Part shown: one piece after another, positions 26,678 through 39,400 of the stretch
Layout: each line of letters opens with the position of its first letter
How positions within the stretch are numbered: position 1 is the stretch's first letter
Notes under the pieces: generated by a model
The model's input: the letters and a program-made list of their open reading frames with translations, nothing else
Told to the model about the DNA's origin: nothing
Databases searched by the model: none
Program-made: the position numbers and the translations under genes
NCBI GenBank assembly: GCA_038214755.1
Contig: JBBQRQ010000030.1
Coordinates: 1-48,918, forward strand
Source of the DNA: Verrucomicrobiota bacterium
GTDB taxonomy: Bacteria; Verrucomicrobiota; Verrucomicrobiia; Limisphaerales; CANJXF01
Direction of reading: 5' to 3'
Length of the DNA stretch: 48,918 nucleotides

Positions 26678-29600
26678 ATGACTTATCCACGTTACATTCG
26701 TTTATTCATTGTAAGCCTTTGCCTGAGCTGGTGCGGTGTGAGCACGCTCTGGGGTCAGGGGTTTGATTTTGGGAGCTATCAAATTATCAGCAGCACTCGG
26801 GTGGGGCGCACCGACTTTGAGTACGTGATGCGGGTGAGCATTACCAATAAGGTGGCTTCGGCGCAAGGAGTGAGCGCGCAAGTCTTCAGTCTATCGACCA
26901 ATACGGTCATCGTCGATGGGAGCGCCAACTTTGGCGACTTGAGTTTTGGAGCGAGTGCGGTGAGTTCGGATACTTTTACCATCCGCCAGAATCGATTGTT
27001 TGCCTTTAATCCAGCCGACCTGCAATGGTTTGTTTCCGTCCAGTCGATGCGCTTGTCCATTACGGTGAATACACCTGTCAGCGGCCTGCTGACCAATGGA
27101 GCATCGGTATTGGTCACTGGCTCGATCGGCCCCAACGTGGATGGAGTGAGGGTCAATAATACCGTGGCCACACTGACCGGGACAAACTTTACCGCGGTCT
27201 ATCCTTTGGAAGAAGGCCGTAACACTCTCACCGTTCTGGCTACCAACATTTACGGCGGAGCCGGGTTGACGAACGTGCTGGTTAATCGGGATACCACTCC
27301 ACCAATCCTGAGCATCGAGACGCCGACGCAAGGGGATGTGCTGGGATCCCGTCAAGTGACGGTGACCGGCCAGATCAATGACATCGTTCCGGGCACTGTC
27401 AATCCAGAACAAGCGACCGTCATGATCAATGGGCTGGCCGCAACTATTCTGAACCGGAGTTATGCTCTTTCCGGTGTATTGCTTGCGCCAGGGTTGAATA
27501 CCATCACCGCGGTAGGCCGCGACCGTGCAGGCAATGAAAGCCAAAGGCAGATCACCATCACCTTTCGTGATCCTGCCAGTCAAAAGCAACTCGTGCCGTT
27601 AGCTGGAGGCGGGCAGACCGGAGGTATTAGCACCGTCCTGCCCAGTCCATTGGTAGTCGAATTAGTCGATGGTGATGGAGTGGTGCAGACTAATCAACCA
27701 GTGACCTTTACCGTCAGTCGCAATGACGGTGTCCTGATGGCCGCGCCCAATTCGGGCCGCAGTCTAACGGTATCCACCGATGACAAAGGGCAAGCAGGAG
27801 TTTTGTTTCAACTCGGAACGAGAAGCGGCGTAGGAAATAACGAGGTCACAGTGACCTCGGCTGGTGTGGCAGTGCCGATCCTTTTCGGCGCCAGCGCGAC
27901 CGGCGCGCCGCCAGTTCATGTGGCGGCTTTGATTCCAGAGACCCAGAGTGGTGAAGCAGGCCGGACGTTGCCGGTGCGGTGGACGGCCTTCGTGACCGAC
28001 GCGGGCGGCAATCCTGTCAATGGCGCTCCTGTCACCTTTTCCGTAACTCAAGGCGGCGGCAATTTCGGCGGAACGACGACCGTAGTGACCAATAGCGACA
28101 GTGATGGCCGCGCATTTGTCTTTCACACCCTGGGCACGGTGGCCGGAGTCAATAACAACGTAGTCGTTGCCACCATTGCAGGAATAACCAACTCGGTCGC
28201 TATCTTCACCGCTTCAGCCCAGACGGCGGGGTCGGTAAGCGATACGAGGGTCACCGGACTTGTGCTGGACAATGCCAACCGGCCTATGTCCAATATTCTC
28301 TGCCGCATTGAAAATACTTTGCTCAGCACGGTGACCGATGCACAAGGGCAGTTCATCCTTTCCCCCGTCCCTGTCGGATCAGTCCGCTTGAACGTAGATG
28401 CGCGCAACCGCGGTTATCCCGGCGAATGGCATTCATTACAATTCGACCTTGTCACTGTCGCCGGTCAGGACAACCATTTGGATCGACCCGTTTATATGTT
28501 GCCAGTGGATTTGGCGAGCGCGGCGCTGGTTGGAGGCGACCAGGATGTTACTCTCCACCTGACAGGCGTTCCGGGTTCTTCGTTAACTATATTCGCGCAC
28601 TCTTTAAGGGATGCCAACGGACAGCCCATTACCAATCAGGTGACGTGGACTCAAGTCAATAACGAGCGGATACCGATGGCTCCTCCGCAAGGTTCCCAGC
28701 CGATCTTGACCAGTGCCATCCTGCCTGCTGGATACCGGTTCAATCCGCCGGCGAAACTGTGCATACCGAACTCAGGACTTTCGCCGGGGCAGATATTGGA
28801 GCTATACGGTTTTGATCATGACATAGGCGCGTTTGTCTCAGTGGGAACAGCGACCGTGGCTCCTGATGGCGCGCAAATCTGTTCCAATCCCGGCTTCGGC
28901 GTCGTCAAATCAGGCTGGCATCCAGTGGTTCCTCCTCCGCCTCCTCCTACTTGCCTGGGCAATTGTGATGATAATAATCCCTGCACCTCCGATAGCTGCG
29001 TCAATGGTGTTTGTGTGCATACGCCGGTAGGCAATGGCTCGCGCTGCGATGACAGTTCCGGTTGCAGTATGAAAGTTTGCCAGAATGGATCGTGCGTAAC
29101 GCAGACCCAGCAGGCCAACGGTCAGGCTTGTGATGACGGGAAGTTTTGCACCGACAACGACAAGTGCCAAAACGGAGACTGCAAAGGTACTCCGCTGGAA
29201 TATCCCCCAATCGAGGTCACCCAGTCTTATAACATCACGGAGCTAATCAGCCTGGTGAAGACTGGATTGAAACCGGTGGAAACCGTGACGGGTTGCCAGT
29301 TAGGGGACTTGTCCGTTTCGGGAAGCATCGGGTTTTCTGTCGAAAGAAAATGCTGCGAAGCCCAACGGATTCGGAACGCGTCAGGAACCAAACTCAAAGG
29401 CAGTGTCTCCGTGGCCGTCCCCGAATTGGAATGCGCGGTCCCCGGTCTCGGCGCCTCCTTTCTCGATGGCGCGGTTCAAATTGGCGTGTTCGTATTTGTA
29501 GGAGGTGGCGGCTCCATCAGCGCTTCTGGCGGGCTGGAGGCTTGCACTCAAAAGAACGAGTTTTGTGTCGAAGGAAGTGTGAGCATGTCCCTCGGCGGCC

Positions 29601-29839
29601 GGGCCAAAGCGTTGGTGGGATCAGATAAGATTCTCCAATTGAAAGTGGAAGGATCAACCGGAGGCGCCGTCTCTGTTTCCTGTTGCAACGGCATGGGTGA
29701 GTTCAAAGTCGTCTGGAACCCACTTACCATTTCCGGGACCGCCACTCTCGCTGGATTTATTGACAAGTCGGTTTCGTGGGCTTTGCCTGCGATCCCGGCC
29801 ATCGGGCCAATTCCGTTTTCGTGTCCCTCGCCGAATTGA
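26678..29839 (+). CDS. Large exported Ig-like repeat protein with Cys-rich C-terminus (~1053 aa)
   Basis: Signal peptide, Ig-like repeats (LEEGRNTLTVLA, PGLNTITAVGRDRAGN, TDAGGNPV), a carboxypeptidase-regulatory-like unit, a poly-Pro linker and three CDDxxxC..CxNGxC repeats. Confidence 0.85.
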   Translation: MTYPRYIRLFIVSLCLSWCGVSTLWGQGFDFGSYQIISSTRVGRTDFEYVMRVSITNKVASAQGVSAQVFSLSTNTVIVDGSANFGDLSFGASAVSSDTFTIRQNRLFAFNPADLQWFVSVQSMRLSITVNTPVSGLLTNGASVLVTGSIGPNVDGVRVNNTVATLTGTNFTAVYPLEEGRNTLTVLATNIYGGAGLTNVLVNRDTTPPILSIETPTQGDVLGSRQVTVTGQINDIVPGTVNPEQATVMINGLAATILNRSYALSGVLLAPGLNTITAVGRDRAGNESQRQITITFRDPASQKQLVPLAGGGQTGGISTVLPSPLVVELVDGDGVVQTNQPVTFTVSRNDGVLMAAPNSGRSLTVSTDDKGQAGVLFQLGTRSGVGNNEVTVTSAGVAVPILFGASATGAPPVHVAALIPETQSGEAGRTLPVRWTAFVTDAGGNPVNGAPVTFSVTQGGGNFGGTTTVVTNSDSDGRAFVFHTLGTVAGVNNNVVVATIAGITNSVAIFTASAQTAGSVSDTRVTGLVLDNANRPMSNILCRIENTLLSTVTDAQGQFILSPVPVGSVRLNVDARNRGYPGEWHSLQFDLVTVAGQDNHLDRPVYMLPVDLASAALVGGDQDVTLHLTGVPGSSLTIFAHSLRDANGQPITNQVTWTQVNNERIPMAPPQGSQPILTSAILPAGYRFNPPAKLCIPNSGLSPGQILELYGFDHDIGAFVSVGTATVAPDGAQICSNPGFGVVKSGWHPVVPPPPPPTCLGNCDDNNPCTSDSCVNGVCVHTPVGNGSRCDDSSGCSMKVCQNGSCVTQTQQANGQACDDGKFCTDNDKCQNGDCKGTPLEYPPIEVTQSYNITELISLVKTGLKPVETVTGCQLGDLSVSGSIGFSVERKCCEAQRIRNASGTKLKGSVSVAVPELECAVPGLGASFLDGAVQIGVFVFVGGGGSISASGGLEACTQKNEFCVEGSVSMSLGGRAKALVGSDKILQLKVEGSTGGAVSVSCCNGMGEFKVVWNPLTISGTATLAGFIDKSVSWALPAIPAIGPIPFSCPSPN

Positions 29840-29846
29840 AGAACTT

Positions 29847-30449
29847 ATGCAAGAATATCGCTTTCTATTTCAGCGCAGTTGGAGGGTTGTGATTTGCCTG
29901 GCCGCGTTCTGTGGCGGCTTAACCACTCACGCGGCGGAACCCCGTCGCACCTTGAGTAAAACGCTACGACCACCCGATAGCGTCTCTGGCCCCGGTGTGA
30001 CAATTACCTATGAGGCGGTGGTCTTTGATCCGGCTGAACCCATTCCCATGATCGGTAACCCCAAATGGGATACCAGCACACCTGAATCGACTCTGAAGGC
30101 GGTATTCCTGGCGAACAGACAGGCGAACACGAATCTCATCATCCAAGGGTTTGTGCCGGCGGACCGTGAAAAAATTCGCAACATGATCATGCAACCTGAC
30201 GTGCTGGAAAAAAATACGACGCTTTATGCCCGCCTCGCCAAGGTCTCATTGCTCCAAAAACTATTTTACGGAGATTACCTGATTTTGACCACCTCGCAGG
30301 AAGATACGAAAGGGGCCCAGTGGCGGGCCAGCTATGTTTTTAAAATGACCCCTGAAGGATGGTTGATTACAAACGAATTGGCGGCGGATCGAGTGTACTC
30401 ACAACTCGTGGAGATGATTGCTCCGAAATCCCCGGAGAAAGCCAAATAA
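29847..30449 (+). CDS. Hypothetical exported protein (~200 aa)
   Basis: Starts 7 nt after the upstream stop, has a signal peptide ending THA-AE, and ends 20 nt before the giant gene. Confidence 0.75.
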   Translation: MQEYRFLFQRSWRVVICLAAFCGGLTTHAAEPRRTLSKTLRPPDSVSGPGVTITYEAVVFDPAEPIPMIGNPKWDTSTPESTLKAVFLANRQANTNLIIQGFVPADREKIRNMIMQPDVLEKNTTLYARLAKVSLLQKLFYGDYLILTTSQEDTKGAQWRASYVFKMTPEGWLITNELAADRVYSQLVEMIAPKSPEKAK

Positions 30450-30469
30450 TTATTCGTTCAGGTTTTGCT

Positions 30470-33400
30470 ATGTTAAATGCCCAATACATTATCGGACGAA
30501 ACTGGCAGCGGGTTCTCGCCCCTCTTTTTGCCATTCTGCTTTCGCAGACCGCCGAGGCCTGCCCATTTTTGAATGAGCATTGCACAGCGACGATCCTTAA
30601 CCGCAGCGTTCAGGTAAGTCCTTCGGGCAGCATCTCGTTCCCAAATTTGCCGGCGGAACCCGGTCTCTATCGTGTTCGTGTCACGTGCGATTGCGAAGGA
30701 CAAACCTTTCGAGGTCAATCGGGTTTCATTGAGTTAAAGCCGAACGGTAACACCCTGATTGGACCGATCAATTTTGCCGTGGTGGAGGAACTGCCGGTTT
30801 CGCTCCAGGTTTTTGCCGGCCAAACCACTTTCAAGATCAAAAACGAAACCTCTCCTTACGTCGCTTTGGCCTTCCTGGCCGACGGGAGATCGCGCGATGT
30901 CACCACCAGAACGCACGGCACCTTATGGTCATCGACCGCCCCGGCCGTGGCGACAGTCAACTCCAACGGTATCGTCACCGCCCTGACTCGCGGCCAAGCC
31001 ATCATTCAAGCTCGTAACGAAGGCGTCATGTCCTCCGCCATGGTCACTGTGCTCATCCCTAACGATGCGGACAATGATGGAATGACGGATGAATTCGAGC
31101 AGGCCAATGGGTTGAACCCGAATAGCGCTAGTGACGCGGCCCAAGACCCCGACGGCGATGGTTTGACCAATCTCCAGGAGTTCCAACGGGGCACTAATCC
31201 ACATTCGGCGGATAGCGACGGAGATGGGCTGCTGGACGCACAGGAAATCGTGCTCGGCACAAATCCTTTGCGCGCCGATACCGATGGGGATGGATTGACG
31301 GATGGTCAGGAAGTGTTGCGCGGAAGTAACCCGCTCTCGAGCGATACGGACGGTGACGGCATCCCGGATGGATTGGAAGTCCAGTTAGGATTAAGCCTTA
31401 CCAACGCCAACCCGGTAACAAGAGTTGAAGGAAGAGTATTGGATACTTCCAATGCGCCAGTGGCTGGCGCGGCCATCACGCTGTTTAATTTGATTACGGT
31501 CAATAGCGATTCTTCGGGGTTCTTTTCCATTCCCAATGTGCCGGCGGGGCTTGGAGCGTTGACGGCGGTGGCGCAGATAGTGCGGCTGGGCCAAATATTG
31601 GATGGAGTTTCGTCACCAGCTAACCCGGTGGCAGGCGGAGTAACCTCCCTTGGCAACATCCAGATTGGTTTAAACGCTGGAACGGTGGCCGGTTTAGTGA
31701 CTGATCCATTTGGGGTGCCGGTGCCCGGAGCCGTGGTCATAGTTACGGGCGGAACAGATGTGCGTAATGTCTTTGCCGATGGGACAGGCCGCTATCGAGT
31801 GAGTAATATGACAGCGGGCAACCTGGTGGTAACGGCCCGGGACTATCGCACTGGGTTGCGTGGCCGCGCCTTCGGAGTCCTGTCTTTGAATAACTCAGTG
31901 GTAATTGATGTGCGGCTAGGCCCATTCGGCACCGTTCGCGGTATGGTTTTCAATCGCGACAATTCCACTCTGGTTGGAGCGGGAGTGGACGTGACTTATT
32001 CCGGCCCCAATTACCAACAGGTGAACACCGATCCCTTTGGAGGTTACCTTTTCGACTTCGTTCCGCTGGGGAGTTATTCAGTGGAGGCAAATGATACCTT
32101 GGGTAATCGTGGTCGCAGCGGAGGAGACGTTTCGGTAACCTCACAGGTCAACGTCAATGACATTGGTTATCTGGGTCGCGGCACGGTTGTGGGAGTGGTT
32201 CGTGACGCATCGCTCAATCCTGTAACCAATGCGCTCGTGAACCTCAGTAGCGGAAGTGTTTTCGGAGGCGGAAGCATGACGATCTCGGATGTCGCGGGAC
32301 GCTTTGCCTTCTCCAATATTTTCATCGGAACATATTTCCTGACGGCCCAGGCGCCAGGTTCGGGGTTGGCCGGACACACTAACGGCGCCATTTTGAGCGA
32401 TGGGCAAAGGGTGACCAATAACATCACCATCGCCGCCGCCGGCAGCATCACCGGGTTAGTCTTCCGGGCGGATGGCATTACGCCGGTGACCAACGTGCAG
32501 GTCACCGTTTCGCCGAGCGGATTGGGCACCAATAGCGGCGCGCAGGGGCAGTTCCGTTTCGATCTTCTTCCTTTGGGCACTTACACGTTGAACGCGACCG
32601 ATCCTATAACGGGTGATCGCGGAGTGGTTGCTGCTAATATCAGTTCCCAAGGCGCGGTGTCGCTCGCGAACATTACTCTTAACGGTCAAGGCACGGTGAT
32701 TGTGACCGTGCGCGATGGCGCGAGCAATCTGGTCAGTGGCGCGCAAGTGTTGGTCAATGGCACCACCCAATTTGGCGGCAGCAAGAGCGGTTTGACGGAC
32801 GCCAATGGCATGATCACATTCCCTGGAGTTTTGGCCGGCGGGTTTGTGGCATCGGCTACCGATCCTGCGACAACCCTCAGTGGACAAGTGTCGGGAAGCG
32901 TCGGAGTAGGATTGTCGGTATCGGTCACGGTGCGATTACAGGCGGTCGGTAGTATCGCCGGTATCGTTTATCAACCGGACGGGACCACTCCCGCGTCGGG
33001 CATTACGGTGCGAATCTTCGGTCAAGTCAGCCGAAGCACCACAACGACCAACGGCAATTTTCGCTTCGACAATGTGCCGACCAGCACTTACTCGATGGAT
33101 GCGTCGGATAGTGGCGGTGTCCGTGCCAACACCAACGGAATTGTTGTAAGTTCGCAAGGCCAGGTCGTGCAGCGCAACCTTACCTTGATTGGATTGGGCA
33201 CAGTGCAAGGAGTAGTCAGTAACCCGGATGCCTCTCCGGCCGCCAACATAGGAGTCTCCCTTGTCAGTCAAGGTTCTGGCTTTGGACGCACCTTATTCGC
33301 GCTGACGGACATCAATGGTTTCTATCGGGTGAGCAATAGCGTTCCCATCGGTTCGTTCACCGCTACCTCCAGCGGACAAACCGGAAATACAACATTCTAC

Positions 33401-36400
33401 GGCACAACCTCAGGAGTCGTGACGGTCAATGCCCAGATTGTCACAGCCAACATCCTGCTATCTACTTCATCCATTCCGGTCATGGTCACGACGACTCTGT
33501 ATGATGCGAACAACTTTGGTTATCAATTGCGGGAAAACGGCTCGCTCCAGGATGGCAGTCCCGGCAGTATGTGGGCTGGAGATTCCAATACCAACCGTGG
33601 CGCCTTCCTACTCGATCTGGTGGCCAGTGGTGTGACCAATCGGTTTAACGGACAGGCCTTCGGCACTTCCGAGGACGGAGCGCGCGAAATTGTAATTCAA
33701 CAAAACGGCCTTGCAGGATTGAACGTAACGCGCAAGGTCTTTGTGCCCAGAGAAGGTTACTTCGCTCGTTACCTCGAAATTTTAAACAATCCTTCCGGCA
33801 GTCCAATCACCGTAGGCGTAAGGTTGACTTCCCATTTTCGGTTCAATACCAAAGTTCAAGGTGGGTTCACCGTCCAGCGCGAACCTCGTATCATCAGCAC
33901 CTCCAGTGGTGATGCTATCCTGTCCGTGAGCAACAGCCCGCGCGACCGCTGGGTGGTGATTGACGATGATGAAGACGCCGATCCATTCCTGGTCAGTTCG
34001 TCGTTACCAACGGTGGGAGACATATTCGACGGGACAAACGGAGTCATCCAGGCGGCCTCGGCCCAGTACACTATTAATTTCTCCGCTCCTCTCTACGGGA
34101 AGTTGGTCGAAGATTGGACGAACGTCACCGTGCCAGCCGGAGGCGCGGTCTCTATCATGCACTTTGGCTTCGAGCAGATCAGGCAAACCAACGCGGTAGC
34201 CTCGGCGCAACGTCTGGCTCAATTGCCGCCCGAGGCTCTGGCGGGCATGACGTTGACCGAGATGGGGCAGGTGCTCAACTTCGCCTTGCCTACCAATGGC
34301 GTTAGTATCCTCACGGCTTTGCCTCCGCTCAACGGTGCGGTCAGCGGTCGCACCCTGGCCGGCGATGGCAGCAATATCGTGGCGAATGCCACCGTGCATT
34401 ATCGCAGCAGCAGTCCCTACTTCGGACGGACCTGGACATTCTCCTCCAGTGGCTCGGGGCAATTCGATTTCGCGGGATCGGTCACCGGCTTTGGCAACTC
34501 GATGCCTGTGCCAGTGGCGGATTTTATTCTGGAAGGAATCCATCCGCTCACCGGCGTGGTGACGCCACCGGTGACCGGGACGTTCTCGCCCGGTTTGCTG
34601 GCGACAACCACGGATGTGATTTTCTCTGACACCGGGGTGCTGACCGGAACGGTGCGGCGGCATAACAACGTGGTCGTAAGTTCGGGAAGTGTGACGATCA
34701 GTGGTGGCGGATTGGTCAGTCCTGTTACATTAGGCATCGCGGCCAATGGCACGTTTACCTTGAGTGGAATACCATCAGGGCAATATACCATTGTCGCTAT
34801 TGTTCCGGTGGCGCAAGGCTCAGATTTGGCTGCCTCAACGACTGCGACCATTACCTCCGGTCAGACGAGGACGGTCAACCTTCTGATCCCTCCCACGGGA
34901 ACGATCACCGGGCTGGTGCGGAGACAGGACAATTCCCCGGGCGTGAATTCAGCCGTTCAATTATCCGGAAGCAATGGCCTTTTTCGAACCACCAGCACGG
35001 ACACCGGTGGGCGTTATACTTTCTTTGATGTGCCGGTAGGCCCAGTGACACTCAATGCCTTCGATCCTTTGGGTAACACTTCGGCGCGTGCCCAAACCAA
35101 TGCAGTAGTGGATCAGACCGTGGTGGTTAATCTGACTCTTATTTCCGGAGGGACGGTCAGTGGTCTTGTCACTTCTCCTACCAGTCAACCAGTCACCAAT
35201 GCACAGGTGACACTCACGGCCAATAACGGCACGTTCACCACTGCCACCGGCCTGGATGGTCGTTATCAGTTCAATTTGGTCGAGCCTGGGCCGGTCTCAG
35301 TTCAAGGAATAGACCCGGTGACATCTTTCCGCGGAATCAATTCGGGGAACCTGGGTCTATCCGGGCAGACGCTTACGCTGAACATTCAATTGGTCCCGTC
35401 TGGCACAATCACTGGAATAGTCTATCGAGCCAACGGAACCACGCCGATTCCAAACGCATCCGTCATTCTAAACGGTTCCGCCTCCCGTTCCACTTTAGCT
35501 AACGCGCAAGGTCAATTTGTTTTTGATGTTGTGCCCTTGGGCGCGTTCACCGTCACTGGCATCGATCCTGTCAGCAGCGAGCGTAATAGCGTGAGCAGTT
35601 CATTGAGTGTCAATCTCGAGGTTCGCAACATTACTATTGTGGTCCTGCCCAACGTTCGTATCAATGACGTTAGCGTTCGGGAGAGAAATATCGGGACCAC
35701 CAATGCCACGTTCAGCGTTACTCTTTCCTCTCCTTCTGTGCAGGAAGTGAGGGTGAACTTTGCGACGGCCAGCGGGTCGGCTGTCTCCGGTGATTTTATT
35801 CCCGCGTCGGGCACATTGATCTACGCGCCAGGTGTGACCAATCAGCCGGTTGTCGTCGTAGTCAATGGTGATACGTCCATCGAGCCGAATGAAACATTTT
35901 ACGTAAACCTGTCCAGCGCCGTGAATGGAACGGTTACGGATAGCCAGGGGATAGGCACGATCATTAATGACGACGGTATCGGGGGACAAATTGACCATTT
36001 CGTTTGGAACCCTATTCCGCCTAATCAATTCGTCAACGAGTCGTTCGCTGTCACTATCACCGCGAAGGATGCCTTCGATAATGTGGTCAGTGGTTTTCAA
36101 GGGCCGGTGTCGCTCTCTGGCTCAAGTGGCGCGCCGGATTTGACCATAGGCACAGGCAACGTCTCCTGGAACTTCCCGCTGGCATCCTTCTACCACGATG
36201 CTCGTTTGCAATCCATTTACTTGTCGGGCGAGATTGGCCAGGCGCGCACCATTACTGGATTGGCCCTGGATGTAACGGGTATTCCCGGACAGACCTTGAA
36301 CAATTGGACCTTGCGTCTGAAGCACACCACACTAACCAGTTACCCTCTCAATCCGGGATGGGATAGCAGTGGCTGGACAACGGTGCTGCAGACCAACCTG

Positions 36401-39400
36401 ACCATTTCTGCAAACGGCTGGCTGGTTTTGCCGTTCACTTCTGCTTTCGACTATAACGGGACCGACAACCTTCTCGTTGACTTTAGCTTCAACAATGTTT
36501 CCTACACCAGTTACGGCGCTACCCGCTCGACCGACACCGCGCTCAATCGTTCGCTTTACTACCAGACGGATAGTGGCTTCGGCGACCCTCTTTCGTGGTC
36601 AGGCACCACGCCTCCTCCCGGTGTCATAACGCGCGTGCCTAACCTCCGGCTGATCGGGTCGCAAGCATCAGTGGCATTGTCGCCCGTGCTATCGGGAACA
36701 TTTTCCGGCGGTGTGTGGTCGGGCAATATTACCGTTTCCAACGCGGTGAAAGACCTCACCTTGCGGGCGAACGATAATGACGGGCATAGCGGCAGCAGCG
36801 GGTTGTTTGACGTGCTGATTCATAACGATGTTTCGCTGACGTTGATTGATTCACCCGACCCAGTCCAGGTGGGCGGACAACTAACTTATTTGTTGGCGGT
36901 GACCAATACCGGGCCGCTGGCCGCCACAGGAATTATCGTCAGCAACATCCTGCCGCCCAGCGCCACCTACGTTTCGGCTCTTTCATCCCAGGGTAGTTGC
37001 GTCAATAACTCCGGAACGGTGCGATGCGACTTAGGCTCGTTGGCCGGCGGCGCGACTGCGACCATCACCATTACGGTCACCCCGACCGCAGTAGGCAACA
37101 TCACCAATCGGGCGACGGTCGCGCGGGCGGAGGCGGATCCCAACTCGGCGAACAACAGCGCGGAAGCGGTTACTACCGTGCTGGTGCCTTCATTGACCAT
37201 TGATGACGTGAGCGCGCCGGAGGGGAATAGCACTGGCAGTTCGCCCACGTTTGTCTTTACAGTCCGCCTCTCCTATCCAAGCAGTCAAACCGTGACAGTC
37301 AATTACGCCACCGGCAACGGCACGGCATTCGCGGCCAGCGACTATATTGCGACCAACGGGATCCTCTCTTTCCTGCCGGGTCAAACCAATAAGACAATCC
37401 AAGTAGGAATTATCGGCGATACCGTAGCCGAGCCGAACGAGAACTTTTTTGTCAACCTGTCGAATTCGGTTAATGCAACCCTGGCCGACAATCAAGGATT
37501 GGGAACTATCGTCAACGATGACGGCTTGCCCGGACAGATTGATCACTTCGATTGGGCGCCCATTCCTTCTCCACAGTATGCTAGCGAACCAATCCCCGTG
37601 AGTATCACGGCAAAAGACGCCTTGGGCGCGACCGTCAGCAATTTTGTTGGTCCGGTAAACCTGACCGGCGCAGTGGGCAGTTCGGTCACTAATAGAATCC
37701 TCGGCGACGTGGTGCCGACCTCCTCCTCCTTCGGTAACTACACCATGGGTTATATGTTCACTCCGAATACCAACATCACCGTGACCCATGTGCGGCATAT
37801 ATACGGGACCAAAGTATCGATTTGGACAGATGCGGGCATTCTCATTGCGAGCCAGAACGTGGTAAGCACACCTGGAACGTGGCTGGAGACACCGCTGACC
37901 ACGCCGGTGCAATTGCAGGGAGGAGTGAGTTATAGAGTGGGTGCTTACACGGCGGGAAACAGTTGGTATTATTTAAGTAGTCCGCCAGGCACTTTCACTA
38001 ATGGATTGATTCAAGGAGGCGTTTATGGGTCAGGCGATGTTTTCCCAAACGTTGTGGTTGGTAGCGGCACTATTTACCTCGCGGATTTGCGTTACACAGT
38101 GGGAACCTCTCAGTCGGTTCCCATCTCCCCAACCGTATCAGGCTCGTTCGTCAACGGGATGTGGGCCGGCGCCATAACAGCCGCCGCCGCCAGCACCAAT
38201 GTAGTATTCCGAGCGTCGGATAACGACGGGCATTTCGGTTCATCGATAAGCTTTGCCATGTTATATCGAAATGACATTGCCATAGCAGTGACCGATTCAC
38301 CTGATCCCGTGGGCGCTGGAGCAACCCTTACCTACACAGTTACAGTGACCAATACCGGTCCTTCATCTGCCACCAGCGTGGTAGTGACTAACTTCCTTCC
38401 CGCCAGTGTGACTTATGGGTCGGCTAGCGTCTCGCAAGGCAGCACCAGCCTGAACGGACGGACTGTCACGTGGACTGTAGGAACTCTCTCCGGTGGAGCG
38501 GTGGCAACGATGAATGTAATTGTGACGCCCACTTCAAGCGGTTTGGTAACGAACATTGCCGGAGTAACTCGCGGTGAAGCAGATGCCTTTGCCAGTAATA
38601 ATATAGTTCAGATTACGACCACGGTATTGTTACCCACATTGACTATAAGCGATACCTCATCTGTAGAAGGCAACACCGGGTTACAGAACGCGGTATTCCC
38701 CGTGAGTTTGTCGTATCCCAGCAGTCAGACAGTATCAGTCAGTTTTGTCACCTCCAACGGAACCGCGCTGGCGGGAAGCGATTACGTCTCTACCAACGGG
38801 ACATTGACTTTCGCAGCGGGCGAAACTAACAAGACGATTACAGTAAAAGTAATTGGCGATACGGCCATAGAACTAAACGAAGACTTTTTCGTTAAGCTGT
38901 CTAATCCCGTCAACTCTACCCTGGTCTCTACTCAAGCATTGGCTTTGATCCTGAACGATGACGGGTTGCCCGGCCAGATCGATCACTTTAATTGGGCTTC
39001 CATTACTTCGCCGCAGTTCGTGGGGCAGCAGTTTAACGTAGCGGTTACGGCGAAGGATTATTTGGGCGATACAATAACCGATTATGCCAGCCCAGTTGCG
39101 CTCACCGGTTCAACGGGAGGCGGGGTGATCACCAATCGAATTCTCGGGGACGTGGTGCCTACTGCCTCTTCCAGCGGCAACTATACAATGGGTTTTGCGT
39201 TCACGCCGAACACGAACGTGATGGTAACCCATGTGCGACATATTTACGGGACCAAGGTATCGATTTGGACAGATGCGGGCGTTCTCGTTGCGAGTCAGGC
39301 TGTAACGAGCACTCCTGGGACATGGCTGGAAACTCCACTGTCAACGCCGGTGCAATTGTTGGCCGGAGTGAAATATAGAATCGGCGCCTACACTGCTGGA

